Shown here piece after piece: positions 9,267-19,394 of a stretch of DNA of 64,000 bases. The notes under the pieces were generated by a model. It had not been told where the DNA came from. It did not search any database and saw nothing but the letters and a program-made list of their open reading frames with translations. Position 1 is the first letter of the stretch. The number at the start of each line of letters is the position of its first letter. The DNA is from an uncultured Candidatus Micrarchaeota archaeon. Lineage in GTDB: Archaea > Micrarchaeota > Micrarchaeia > Micrarchaeales > Micrarchaeaceae. Position numbers and translations under genes: made by a program. The DNA is taken from positions 1 to 64,000 of the forward strand of contig CAVUGN010000004.1 of NCBI GenBank assembly GCA_963741095.1, in the 5' to 3' direction.

Positions 9267-10549
9267 ATCACGCGTTTCGCAGTCGCATAAAAGACGTTTG
9301 CGGATGCGGCATTGATCAGGACATCGACGCGCGTTCCAATTCCGATGCCATTTGCATCGTTCCTGCCGACGACCACCTGCCTGTACGATCCGTTCCTTCC
9401 GTTAAGCGACTTCTCGTTTGATTCTGTTATTATAACATCAAATCTTTTGCCTATAAACTTATCGTTTATCTCATGCTGGACCTGCCTTACTACCCTCGTC
9501 AGCGCGATGCTTCTCCGATTTATCATCTCGGTGCTCTGCTGCTTCATCTTTGATGCACGCGCGTGCGGTCTTGCGCCGAATCTGGATATGTTTGTGACCT
9601 CCGGTCGCGTCCTTCTAACGAAGTCGATGGTCTCCCCGAATTGGTCTTCGCCCTCTGTCGGGAATCCAGCTATCAGATCCGTCTCTATTGTCACCCCAGG
9701 AACCTTTTTCCTGAGCTCCTTCACATATCCGTCGAATTCCTCCACGGTTCCTACCCTTCCCATGTCTTTCAGCACCTTGTTGCTGCCCGACTGCACTGGA
9801 ATGTGGGCAAATTTGTAGAACTTTTCACCCTTAAGTTCCCTGGCAAATCCGTCAAAGCACCTGTGAAGATGCTCTGGATTCATCATTCCTATTCTAACCT
9901 TGAAATCGCCATCAACCTGCGCTATCTTCTCCATCAGCATTGCAATGTCGGTGCCACTGTCGATTCCATAGGCTCCCACATCCTGAGAGGTAAGTTGTAC
10001 CTCCTTTGCGCCCATCCTTACGCTCTGCACAACAGCATCGACTATCCTCTCTTCTGAAAAGCTATTGAGGGGCCCTCTTGCGAACTTTGTCTCGCAGAAC
10101 GAGCAGTTGCTCGTGCAGCCCTCGTTTATTGGTATTTTTGCTATTATCCCGCCATCGGCGTTGAAGAGGGCCATCTTGTCCACCTTCGCATAGCCCTCAA
10201 CCACCATTCTCTTACCCGCATTGAGGCGCTCAGCGACCTCCGCGATCCTGCCTATGTTGCTTGTATCGACTATGCTTGCCGAAGGCGCGTACCTCTCTAT
10301 CAGGTCCCTGTTCGCGCTGGCCATGCAGCCGGTCACGACCATCTTTTTGCCGGCATCATGCATCCTGCCCAACCTGTAAAGTATCTTCTGCGCGGTTATG
10401 CTCTTGACCGTGCAGGTGTTGACAACCGCCACATCCGCATCGTCAATCCTTTCGGTCATCGTGGCGCCGTTTCCCTCAAGCATCGACTTCATGATGCTGC
10501 CGTCCGCCTGGTTGAGCGTACAGCCATAGGTTTTTATACATACGCGCAT
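9263..10549 (-). CDS. MiaB-like radical-SAM tRNA methylthiotransferase (archaeal MtaB type)
   Basis: TYGCTLN, NTCTVK, GCM; radical SAM motif CTSNCSFC; C-terminal TRAM-like region. Confidence 0.92.
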   Translation of the reverse strand: MRVCIKTYGCTLNQADGSIMKSMLEGNGATMTERIDDADVAVVNTCTVKSITAQKILYRLGRMHDAGKKMVVTGCMASANRDLIERYAPSASIVDTSNIGRIAEVAERLNAGKRMVVEGYAKVDKMALFNADGGIIAKIPINEGCTSNCSFCETKFARGPLNSFSEERIVDAVVQSVRMGAKEVQLTSQDVGAYGIDSGTDIAMLMEKIAQVDGDFKVRIGMMNPEHLHRCFDGFARELKGEKFYKFAHIPVQSGSNKVLKDMGRVGTVEEFDGYVKELRKKVPGVTIETDLIAGFPTEGEDQFGETIDFVRRTRPEVTNISRFGARPHARASKMKQQSTEMINRRSIALTRVVRQVQHEINDKFIGKRFDVIITESNEKSLNGRNGSYRQVVVGRNDANGIGIGTRVDVLINAASANVFYATAKRVM

Positions 10550-10617
10550 AATACCATACACAAGCTTTCTAAACAATTTATATTCTCAAGAATTGCTATT
10601 AATCTAAGGGTGCATAA

Positions 10618-10836
10618 ATGATACTTACGTGTGAACGATGCAAGCGGGAGGAGTTCGAGCTGGAGCGCTGCAATTATTGCAAGAAGATGGTGTGCAACAG
10701 CTGCACCAAAAGCTCATCGAGATACCAGAAGACAACGAGGCTTGTCATATGCAAGGATTGCTGGAGTGACCTGAAGAAGAGGACGGCGTTCAAGAGCAAC
10801 AAGGGAGAAGTAATCGAAGCAAAGGTTGAGGCATGA
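10618..10836 (+). CDS. Small zinc-finger protein (four CxxC pairs)
   Basis: CERC, CNYC, CNSC and CKDC in 72 aa; directly upstream of ileS. Confidence 0.7.
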   Translation: MILTCERCKREEFELERCNYCKKMVCNSCTKSSSRYQKTTRLVICKDCWSDLKKRTAFKSNKGEVIEAKVEA

Positions 10837-10905
10837 TAAAGATTTTTGGTCTTCTTGCGTGCAAAGATTAAGAATCGGGGTGCACATCCGATAACGGTGC
10901 TGTTT

Positions 10906-13900
10906 ATGGACCTGAATGAAAGAGAGGAGGAAATATTGAGATATTGGGCTGAAAACAGCATAAACGAAAAAGTCAGAACAAAGAACCGGAATATAGGGAA
11001 ACCTTTCTACTTTCTTGACGGACCGCCTTTCGTGACAGGCGAGCTCCACTTAGGTCAGGTCTGGACGAAGGCCTTTAAGGACATGGTCGTTAGGTACAAG
11101 AGAAGCAGGGGATTCGATGTTGTAGACCGGGCGGGCTATGACACACAAGGTCTGCCTGCTGAGCATCTTGTAGAAAAGAAGCTGAAGCTGGCTTCGAAAA
11201 GAGACATAGAAGAGAAAATAGGCATAGAACTTTTCATCAAGACCTGTAAAGAAGAAATAGACTACTACATTGGAATGTGGAAGAATGATTTTGAGCGTTT
11301 TGGCGTCTCACTTGATTTCAGCAAGCCCTACCTGCCGCATAGCAACGAGTATATGGAAGGGGAATGGGCTCTTTTTAAGACTATAAATGAGCGGGGATAC
11401 CTTTATCATGGCAAGAAGACTACTGCCTATTGCCCTCACTGTGAATGCGTAGTATCGCAGGGTAGCATGGAAGTGGAACATTCGGATGAAAAGGATCCAT
11501 CGATATTCATCACCTTCAAGGTCGATAACGCTAAGTCTTCAAAGGCAAAGGTGAAACTAAATGGGATGGTTTACCTTCTTGTCTGGACCACGACCCCTTG
11601 GACCGTTCCAGCAAACGTCTCAGTCGCAATGAATCCTGACGGCAGGTACGTCGTAGCTAGAATAAAAGGGAAGGACATGATTCTTGCAAAGGATAGGCTG
11701 GATTACGTCTCCTCCATGCTGAATGAGAGCGCAGTTGTGCTGCAGGAGTTCTATGGCAGCGAGCTTATTAACGTATACTACACAAACGGGCTCGAGGCGA
11801 AGGTGCCGAAGCAGAAAGAGCTGAGAAAATACCATAAGATTCTTCCTGCACCGAAATTGGTCTCTAATGGAGAAGGTACGGGACTTGTGCATATAGCTCC
11901 AGGCCACGGTCTAGATGACTACAACCTCGGAGTCACAGAGAAGCTCCCCATCTTCTGTCCGGTAGGTGCGGATGCAAATTACACTGAAGACGCGGGGGCA
12001 TATATCGGCACGAAGGTGCCCGAACTCGCTAATGGGGTGGTGCTTAAAGACCTCTACGAGCTCGGCATGCTTGAATACAGTAGTGAGCTTATACACAGTT
12101 ATCCGCATTGCTGGCGCTGCCACTCAAAGGTGATATTCATAGCCACTCCGCAGTGGTTCTTCAACATCCAGAAGATAAAGAAGAAACTTCTCAGGGCCAA
12201 CGAGAAGATCATATGGCACCCGGATGAAGCACGGATATGGGAGAAGGACCTTATGACAAACTCACCAGACTGGTGCATCTCAAGACAGAGATACTGGGCA
12301 ACGCCTCTACCTATCTGGATATGCGAGAAATGCAAAGAGTATGAAGTCATAGGTTCGAGGAAGGAGCTCGAAGAGAAAGCTATTGACAAGAAGTATGCGC
12401 ACGAGATGAATGATCTGCACAAGCCCTACATAGACAATGTAGTGATAAGATGTTCGAAGTGCGGCGGGGAGAGTAAGAGAGTAAAGGATGTCCTTGATGT
12501 TTGGTTTGATTCTGGGATGACCTTCAGGCTGAGTGTCAGCGAGGCACAGTTCAACAGACTCTTTCCCGTAGATTTCGTTGTCGAGTACATAGAGCAGATT
12601 CGCGCCTGGTTCGGAGTTCTCCTCAAATGCGGTATGCTGGCCTATGGGAAAAGTTCCCTCACCCACATCGCTGTACATGGCATATTACTCGGCAGCGACG
12701 GGAAGAAACTTAGCAAGAGCCTAGGGAATTTTATACCTCTAAACGAAATATTAAAACACGTCAGTGCCGATGCCTGCAGGTTCTGGTTTCTCGACCACAC
12801 ACAGATTGAAAACAGGAACCTCAACGATCAAGAGATGAGGGGGGTAGACCAAATAGTCATGCTACTCTACAACATAGCGAACATGCTTAAAGAGTATTCA
12901 TATGCGATTGGATACGAGCCAAAGCTCAAGCTCGGGCAGGTCTCAAAGCTCGAGACGGAGGAGGCATGGTTGATATCGAGATACGCTTCAACTCTTGAAA
13001 AGGTCACAATGAGTCTTGATAATTATGAACCTGGAGGTGCTACCTCTGCGATAAAGACCTTCGTGGTCGAAGATTTGAGCAGGTTCTACTTAAAGATGGC
13101 GAAGAAAAGGCTCATCAAGGTATCCAAGACGGAAGCAAAGTCGATAATAAACACGATAAACTATGTGCTCTACAATACGTTGATAATGATTTCGCCAATA
13201 ACACCTTTTGTATCTGAGGGGATTTATCTTGACAGATACAAATACAAAGAGAGCATTTTCCTAGAGGAATGGCCGCACTCGAAGAAGAAACTGATCAACG
13301 AACCACTCGAGAGTGAATTTGTGATACTACAAGAGGCGATAACAGCGCTGCTGAACAGCAGGGAAAAGTCGAACGTAAAGCTAAGGTGGCCAATTGCAAA
13401 TGCCACCGTGGCGGTAAATGACGATGCAGTCGAGAACACCCTGCTCAGACTCTCTGGTTTCGTAGAGGAGTACGTTAACGCAAAGCGCCTCATTGTCAAG
13501 AGAGTCAATGCATTCGGAAAGGAAATGAGACCAGTGTTCACGAAGCTAGGCCCTGAGTTCAAGGAGAATGCGCCTGCTGTTGCCGAAGCTCTTAAAATGG
13601 AAGATGCTAACAAGGTCTCGAGCGAAATAGACAAAAACGGTCACTATGATTTACATACGGCAAGCGGTATCTTTAACATAAAACACGAGCATTTCACGTT
13701 GATAGAGAAGTTCGATGATGAGAATGCAATAAAATTTGCCCATGGTATTGCATACATAAACAAAGAGATAAGCAAGGAGCTTTGGGAAGAGGCAATGGTG
13801 AGAGAATTCGAGCGGAGGGTACAGATTGCAAGGAAAGAGACGCAGCTCACAAAAGCCGACAAAATAATCCTACACTACGAAGTCGATATCGCGCAATCTG

Positions 13901-14040
13901 AGGTAATCAAGAAAAATCTTGCAGAGATTAGGAAGTACGTCAACGCAAGAGAGATGCATGAAGGTATACTAAACAAAAACAAGGCCAAGGAATATGAGTT
14001 AGACGAGGAGAAAATATGGCTCGAGATCGAACGTGTATGA
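10906..14040 (+). CDS. ileS: Isoleucine--tRNA ligase
   Basis: DGPP...HLGQ, WTTTPWT, GTGLVHIAPGHG, DWCISRQRYW, DVWFDSG, KLSKS. Confidence 0.93.
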   Translation: MDLNEREEEILRYWAENSINEKVRTKNRNIGKPFYFLDGPPFVTGELHLGQVWTKAFKDMVVRYKRSRGFDVVDRAGYDTQGLPAEHLVEKKLKLASKRDIEEKIGIELFIKTCKEEIDYYIGMWKNDFERFGVSLDFSKPYLPHSNEYMEGEWALFKTINERGYLYHGKKTTAYCPHCECVVSQGSMEVEHSDEKDPSIFITFKVDNAKSSKAKVKLNGMVYLLVWTTTPWTVPANVSVAMNPDGRYVVARIKGKDMILAKDRLDYVSSMLNESAVVLQEFYGSELINVYYTNGLEAKVPKQKELRKYHKILPAPKLVSNGEGTGLVHIAPGHGLDDYNLGVTEKLPIFCPVGADANYTEDAGAYIGTKVPELANGVVLKDLYELGMLEYSSELIHSYPHCWRCHSKVIFIATPQWFFNIQKIKKKLLRANEKIIWHPDEARIWEKDLMTNSPDWCISRQRYWATPLPIWICEKCKEYEVIGSRKELEEKAIDKKYAHEMNDLHKPYIDNVVIRCSKCGGESKRVKDVLDVWFDSGMTFRLSVSEAQFNRLFPVDFVVEYIEQIRAWFGVLLKCGMLAYGKSSLTHIAVHGILLGSDGKKLSKSLGNFIPLNEILKHVSADACRFWFLDHTQIENRNLNDQEMRGVDQIVMLLYNIANMLKEYSYAIGYEPKLKLGQVSKLETEEAWLISRYASTLEKVTMSLDNYEPGGATSAIKTFVVEDLSRFYLKMAKKRLIKVSKTEAKSIINTINYVLYNTLIMISPITPFVSEGIYLDRYKYKESIFLEEWPHSKKKLINEPLESEFVILQEAITALLNSREKSNVKLRWPIANATVAVNDDAVENTLLRLSGFVEEYVNAKRLIVKRVNAFGKEMRPVFTKLGPEFKENAPAVAEALKMEDANKVSSEIDKNGHYDLHTASGIFNIKHEHFTLIEKFDDENAIKFAHGIAYINKEISKELWEEAMVREFERRVQIARKETQLTKADKIILHYEVDIAQSEVIKKNLAEIRKYVNAREMHEGILNKNKAKEYELDEEKIWLEIERV

Positions 14041-14422
14041 GATTTTAGGTATCTGTATGGATAATCCTAATGAACCATTCAAGTATCTAAGAGGAAATTT
14101 GACAAACAACATGGACCTAACTGAGATTAACAACGAAAAAACCGATAACTTATTCAGAGATATAAATTCATTATTTAAACTCCCGCTAGATAAAGTAATA
14201 ACAACATTTCATCCGAGAGTAAGTGTTACACTAAATGGATTTGTTACCCCCCTTTTTTCATATCTTGCTTCGAGAGAAGATAAATATCCACTTTTTGCAG
14301 CATACACCTACGAATTACCAAAAAAATGGGGGATGGAAAAATCCAAAGCGCCGTTATCTTTTTATATAGAGGGCGAATATATGTCAATCCGAGTGAACAA
14401 TTATCAATTTATTTTACGCTAA
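14033..14422 (+). CDS. Hypothetical protein, AT-rich
   Basis: Open frame bridging ileS and the PLD gene; no recognisable motif. Confidence 0.45.
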   Translation: MYEILGICMDNPNEPFKYLRGNLTNNMDLTEINNEKTDNLFRDINSLFKLPLDKVITTFHPRVSVTLNGFVTPLFSYLASREDKYPLFAAYTYELPKKWGMEKSKAPLSFYIEGEYMSIRVNNYQFILR

Positions 14423-14428
14423 ATCCTC

Positions 14429-15007
14429 ATGCCAAGCGATGAAGGTGAGCATTACAGCGGCAACAGCTCCTACAAGTACATCAACCAGCTGATAGACAAC
14501 GGAGACCGTGAGCTCCTCGTGGTCTCGCCGTACATAAGCAACCACTACACGAAGATGCTCCTCAAGGTCTGCGGCAGGAAGCGCATACGCGTGATAACCT
14601 CGGAGATATCCCTGGGCTACCGCGGATCAATGCTGAAAGGAATCACCAACAAGGGGCTCGGGGGCTACATCAACGCGATACTCTACTTCGCGGCTCTGGA
14701 CGCGATAGTCGTATACCTGAAGTACGCCTACCTCGTCAGCATCATAACCCTGCTGCTTCTGATCTCGCTTCTGCTCACGATGCGGCGCAGGGAGAAAGTG
14801 AGCAAGAACATCAAGCTAAAGACGACCGGCGAAGAGTTCGTCCACGAGAAGCTGTACATCTCGGACAGCATGGCGATAGTGGGCAGCGCTAATCTGACCT
14901 ACAACGGCATGCACAAGAACATAGAGCACATTGAAGTCATAAAAGACGGAAAGGAGATAGCCAAACTCAAGGAACATTTCGATTCCCTGTGGCACAGATA
15001 TCCTTAA
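14429..15007 (+). CDS. Single-HKD phospholipase D/Nuc-family protein with inserted transmembrane hairpin
   Basis: SPYI, HEKLYISD, GSANLT..G...N.E; two hydrophobic helices mid-protein. Confidence 0.85.
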   Translation: MPSDEGEHYSGNSSYKYINQLIDNGDRELLVVSPYISNHYTKMLLKVCGRKRIRVITSEISLGYRGSMLKGITNKGLGGYINAILYFAALDAIVVYLKYAYLVSIITLLLLISLLLTMRRREKVSKNIKLKTTGEEFVHEKLYISDSMAIVGSANLTYNGMHKNIEHIEVIKDGKEIAKLKEHFDSLWHRYP

Positions 15008-15041
15008 ATATCTCCTAAATCGCAACAAATCCCGTGATGGA

Positions 15042-15467
15042 ATGGCTGAAGCTCAAAAAGCATCAGACGGAAAAGCGTCAAACGACGAAGTAAGGGAAGG
15101 GGGTGTTCGAGGTTATATCAGCGCGATTGCGTCTGGAAGACAGGGGGCAATTTGGGCGGCAGGCTTGGTGCAAATCCATGGATTCACGAAAGAAGAGCAG
15201 CATTCGATGAACGTAGAAGCATTCAAACAGAAGCTGGAGGACGGTGTGCTGTCTGCAATCAGGAATGCCGAGCAGATCACAAAAAAGATTGATATTACCG
15301 AAGAGGACAAGCGTGCAGCTGCAGCCAAGGTTCTTGACGAGTTGGGGGACTACGCAAAAATGGTCAAGACCGTCACAAAGGTAGATGAAGATGCGGAAAA
15401 ACACGCCGAAAAAGTCAGAACAATCTGGGACGGGATAATAAGGCCGCAGATGGAAAAAGAACTATAG
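15042..15467 (+). CDS. Hypothetical helical protein
   Basis: 141-aa ORF with TTAAATA box upstream; no motif recognised. Confidence 0.6.
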   Translation: MAEAQKASDGKASNDEVREGGVRGYISAIASGRQGAIWAAGLVQIHGFTKEEQHSMNVEAFKQKLEDGVLSAIRNAEQITKKIDITEEDKRAAAAKVLDELGDYAKMVKTVTKVDEDAEKHAEKVRTIWDGIIRPQMEKEL

Positions 15468-16547
15468 CAGTTCTGCGCCTCTCCTTGTGACCAGCACGTC
15501 GTCCTCTATCCTCACTCCGCCGAATCCGACGATGTAGATCCCGGGCTCGTCGCTGAACACCATGCCTTCCCTGAGCTTGAAGTGCATGTTCGGCGCAAGC
15601 GCTATGTTGCCGTCATGCGTCTCTATGCCTATCGAATGCCCCAACGCGTGGATGAATTTGCCTTTATAGATGCCGTTCCTTGCGCTGTTTATGTGCTTCT
15701 CTGCTGCGACGTGCGCCTCGCTTGCATCTGCTCCGGGTTTTATGGCCTTTAGCGCTATTGCCTGCGCTTCCTTGACCGTCTCGTACATGTCAGCCATCCT
15801 TTTGTACTTGTCCGTCTTCTTGTCCGGTTCGAATATGAAGGTGCGGGTCACGTCGGCGCAATAGTTCCTGTACCTCGCGCCAACGTCCATCAAAACGAAA
15901 CTGTTAGACCTCAGCCTGGTGTTGTCCGGCATGTGGTGCGGCAGCGCCGCGTTCTTGCCGAAGGACACTATGCTCTCGAAAGAGGGCCCGTCAGCACCAT
16001 GCATCATTATGAGGTAATCGAACATCGCGGCAATATCCTTCTCCTTGACGCCGATTTTTATAAACTTTCTGACTTCGAGCAGCGCACTCTTCGTTATCCT
16101 GTTTGCAATCCTCAGGTTCTCGATCTCATCCCTGCTTTTTGTCGCCCTGGCCTTTGCGAATGCCTTGCTCACGTTTATCAGCCTTCTTGCACCAGAGTAT
16201 TCCTTGATCCTCTTGTGGCTTGCGTAAGGCATGAACGACTCGTTCACTCCGACCACTTTGTTGCTGAGATGCGCCCTCATGGCCTTCTTTATATCATCCG
16301 CGCTCTCGATCTTCACGACAAGCATCTCCTTCGGCCGCTGCTCCTTCGCTATCTCATATTCAAGCGGGTTTGCAAGCAGGACAAGACCTTTTCTTGACAC
16401 TATCATAACCGTACCTTCAAAGACGCCGCTGGTGAAGCCCGTAAGGTACAAAAAGTTGCTGTCCTCCGTTTTCGTGTTGAGGATGACTATCGCGTCCGCT
16501 TTCGTGTTGTCAAAGACCTTTTTTATCCTGTCCTTTACGCTCCGCAT
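15462..16547 (-). CDS. Xaa-Pro aminopeptidase/prolidase (M24B)
   Basis: D.GA.Y..YCADVTRT, HALGHSIG.E.H, EPGIY...GGVRIEDD. Confidence 0.95.
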   Translation of the reverse strand: MRSVKDRIKKVFDNTKADAIVILNTKTEDSNFLYLTGFTSGVFEGTVMIVSRKGLVLLANPLEYEIAKEQRPKEMLVVKIESADDIKKAMRAHLSNKVVGVNESFMPYASHKRIKEYSGARRLINVSKAFAKARATKSRDEIENLRIANRITKSALLEVRKFIKIGVKEKDIAAMFDYLIMMHGADGPSFESIVSFGKNAALPHHMPDNTRLRSNSFVLMDVGARYRNYCADVTRTFIFEPDKKTDKYKRMADMYETVKEAQAIALKAIKPGADASEAHVAAEKHINSARNGIYKGKFIHALGHSIGIETHDGNIALAPNMHFKLREGMVFSDEPGIYIVGFGGVRIEDDVLVTRRGAELL

Positions 16548-16619
16548 CCATCTCGCTCCTATATTTCACCACAGCCTTAAATAAGTTATCAATAGCGATA
16601 AAAATGTGCACTGGCATAT

Positions 16620-17888
16620 ATGTGGGGTGCAGGCTTGAACAGGGAAGAGATGCTCGCTGAGCTCGGGAAGATCGGTGACACGAACGTCAAGCGATCCGAC
16701 ATAGTGTACAGGCACATGCACGACCCGGTGCTCCTAAGGCACTACTACCGCCTCAAGATGATGCCGATGACCTCCAAATTGGAGATAGTCGGAAGCTCTC
16801 CTACGGACCTTTTCGTCGGCAGATACGGTTATCCGTACGTGAACATAGGCCCGCTCCTGCCGCCGGAATTCGGCGACACCTCAATCCTCGCAACCCCAGA
16901 GCGTTGGGTGCACATGTCGATAAACGATATCGTGGAGATGCGGTCAAAGCTCGTGCGCGGAATGCACATGACAAAGGTAAGCAACGTCGAGAATGGCAAG
17001 ATAGAGGAACTCGTTAGAGACCTTGCGCTTGCGGAAAAGCCCGCGGAGGCCGATGCGACCTTCTCGGCAAAGCCATCAGTCCGGCTTACATTGCGGGACG
17101 AGGTGCAGCCCTTCGGCCCCAGCGCGCAGCTGAAGAGCTTCGATCTCTACAACATGCAGGCAGACACGAAGGTGGAGAACCTCTACAACGACTTCGATGC
17201 GACCGCCAAGACCTCGATGGTGGAGCTCTACAACAAGGGCATACCCGTTTCTAAAATACAGCGCGGCCTTTCCGCGGGGCTCTTCGGGCTTAAGAACAAG
17301 CGGAAATTCGTCCCGACAAGGTGGAGCATAACCGCGGTGGACGACACCCTATCGAAGGTCAACCTGGAAGAGGTCAAGTCGTTCGACCAGATAGACTCGA
17401 TACACGCCTACTACAACAACTCCCTCGATAACCGATGGCTCATCTTCCTGATACCCGGCGGCTGGCAGTACGAGTCGATCGAAGCATGGTGGCCCAAAAC
17501 CATATGGAACGAGAATGGCGTTGACATCTCCATATTCTCTTCGAGCGAAGGATACAACGGCAGGAAGACCTACGCAGAGATAGGCGGCTGCTACTACTCT
17601 GGGAGGCTGGCGATAACCGAAAAGCTACAGATGCTGAAAAAGCAGGCCGTAGCGCTGATACTCCGTGAGGTGCATGACGGCTACGTGATGCCCGTGGGCG
17701 TGTGGAACGTCCGGGAGCACGTAAGGGAGACGCTCCAGGGCGAGCCGATGATAATGCACAGCATGGAGGACATGATGGCCTGCATAAAATCAAAGCTCGA
17801 CATAAACACCGCCGGCTGGATAAGGAACAGCAGGATACTCAGGGATCTGATATCCCAGAGGCGGCTGCGCGAGTACGTCCTGGTCTGA
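16620..17888 (+). CDS. nreA: Archaeal DNA repair protein NreA (DUF650/DUF651)
   Basis: GS(S)PT.LFVGRYGYP, VPTRWSITAVD, GGCYY, PVGVWNVRE; C-terminal PIP-like QRRLREY. Confidence 0.9.
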   Translation: MWGAGLNREEMLAELGKIGDTNVKRSDIVYRHMHDPVLLRHYYRLKMMPMTSKLEIVGSSPTDLFVGRYGYPYVNIGPLLPPEFGDTSILATPERWVHMSINDIVEMRSKLVRGMHMTKVSNVENGKIEELVRDLALAEKPAEADATFSAKPSVRLTLRDEVQPFGPSAQLKSFDLYNMQADTKVENLYNDFDATAKTSMVELYNKGIPVSKIQRGLSAGLFGLKNKRKFVPTRWSITAVDDTLSKVNLEEVKSFDQIDSIHAYYNNSLDNRWLIFLIPGGWQYESIEAWWPKTIWNENGVDISIFSSSEGYNGRKTYAEIGGCYYSGRLAITEKLQMLKKQAVALILREVHDGYVMPVGVWNVREHVRETLQGEPMIMHSMEDMMACIKSKLDINTAGWIRNSRILRDLISQRRLREYVLV

Positions 17889-17910
17889 TCCCGGGCTTTA
17901 TCGCAAGCCA

Positions 17911-18714
17911 TTACTTCTTGGCTCTGCTGCCTGGTTTCTTGCCTGCGGTTTTCGTTAGCTGCATGTAGACCAGTACGAATGCCACCACTGTCGGATAGCT
18001 CAGCAGCAGCTCAACAAATTGGCCTATCGACTTGTTCACGAGAAGCGTGATGGGCATGCCGATCAGCACCTCGATCAGGCCTATGGCCATCACTATCCCC
18101 AGCATCTGCCAGAGGTTGCCCTTCATCGCGGCCCAGCTCTCCTCAACCGAGGCTATCGCACGCTTGCCCCCGACGACGCAGAACGCGTCTGCCAGATACA
18201 GCCTCAATGAAACATAGATCGGTATTATCACAAGCGCTGTTCCGATCAACGCCAGGATCAAAACGACCGGAACGGACGCGGAGCTCCCGAACGTAACGAG
18301 AAAAGCGAAGACGATCATTACCGGTACCGCGCTCAGAAGGCTCACCACGGCAGAAGCGATGCACGTGCCCAAAAGCGAAACATACCTCGAGGCCGCGTTC
18401 CTGACAACGGAGCCCATTTTTGCATCATCTCCCTCTGCCACTGCGCTTATCAGAATCCCAGAAATGAATACCTCTATCAGGCCGAACACGATGACCGCTG
18501 CAACCAACTCTGCCCAGAACGTGGGAGAAGTGAGCAGTGCCATCGCCGCCGATTGGTTGCCCTGGAGATTGACAAACGGCGCAAACAGAGAATTGACCAA
18601 AAGGCTCAGCGCCAAGCCTATCAACGCACCTACAAAGCCAATGATCAGAAGCGTCCTGCTCCTGAAGAACCTTCCGTACGCTTCTCCCACCGTGTCGGTT
18701 ATGCTTATTGCCAT
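17911..18714 (-). CDS. Multi-pass membrane protein of unknown function
   Basis: About six hydrophobic helices; A.AS...SW..MKGN.W motif. Confidence 0.75.
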   Translation of the reverse strand: MAISITDTVGEAYGRFFRSRTLLIIGFVGALIGLALSLLVNSLFAPFVNLQGNQSAAMALLTSPTFWAELVAAVIVFGLIEVFISGILISAVAEGDDAKMGSVVRNAASRYVSLLGTCIASAVVSLLSAVPVMIVFAFLVTFGSSASVPVVLILALIGTALVIIPIYVSLRLYLADAFCVVGGKRAIASVEESWAAMKGNLWQMLGIVMAIGLIEVLIGMPITLLVNKSIGQFVELLLSYPTVVAFVLVYMQLTKTAGKKPGSRAKK

Positions 18715-18761
18715 GTATCCACGTCAGACTAATTTGTGCACGGATTGCTTTAATACGTTTG

Positions 18762-19325
18762 TTACGGCCCGACTTTCGGTTCTGCGACAGGCGCCGAAAC
18801 CGGTGCCCATCCGAACTCCGCAAGCTTCGCCCACCAGCCAAGGTGCTTTTCAAGCCAATGATCCAGCGAGTTCTTGTCGGGTCCTTGACTCGACGCAATC
18901 ACCATGAGCGCGACGAACACAAAAACGTATATGATGGCCGTCCCGATGTCCGTGGAACCGGGGCCGTAGGGCCCTCCGAACCCTTCAGGTATCGCCCAGA
19001 GCGAAAGGCCGTACAAAGCGCCCATCCCATACACAATCTTTCTCATGAATCCAAAAATCAGTGTGAGTCCAAGAAGAATCTCGCACGTGACAATCATGCT
19101 TACAAACATATTTGGGTTCTGCGTTATCATTCCTGACCAGAAGCTGAACCACGGTGTAAGCCAGGTTGGTTGGCTGGCCACCATTCCCTGCATGGTCTGC
19201 ACGAAAGCGTCCGCCGTTCCTGGCTGTAATTTCAAGAGGCCGTCTACAAGCCAGACAAAGCCGAACGCCACACGCATGAAAGTTCCTATCCCCGCGCTGT
19301 TCTTGCGGAACCAATTCCCTATCAT
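18762..19325 (-). CDS. DoxX/DoxD (TQO small subunit-like) membrane protein
   Basis: R..FG..WL.DG.LK, EILLGL.LIFG, W..PEGFGGPY.PG.TDIG. Confidence 0.8.
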   Translation of the reverse strand: MIGNWFRKNSAGIGTFMRVAFGFVWLVDGLLKLQPGTADAFVQTMQGMVASQPTWLTPWFSFWSGMITQNPNMFVSMIVTCEILLGLTLIFGFMRKIVYGMGALYGLSLWAIPEGFGGPYGPGSTDIGTAIIYVFVFVALMVIASSQGPDKNSLDHWLEKHLGWWAKLAEFGWAPVSAPVAEPKVGP

Positions 19326-19394
19326 AAACCCACAAAATATCTAACAATATCTGGCTTTAAATTGCTTTGTACAGAATTACTAACACCGAATCAT

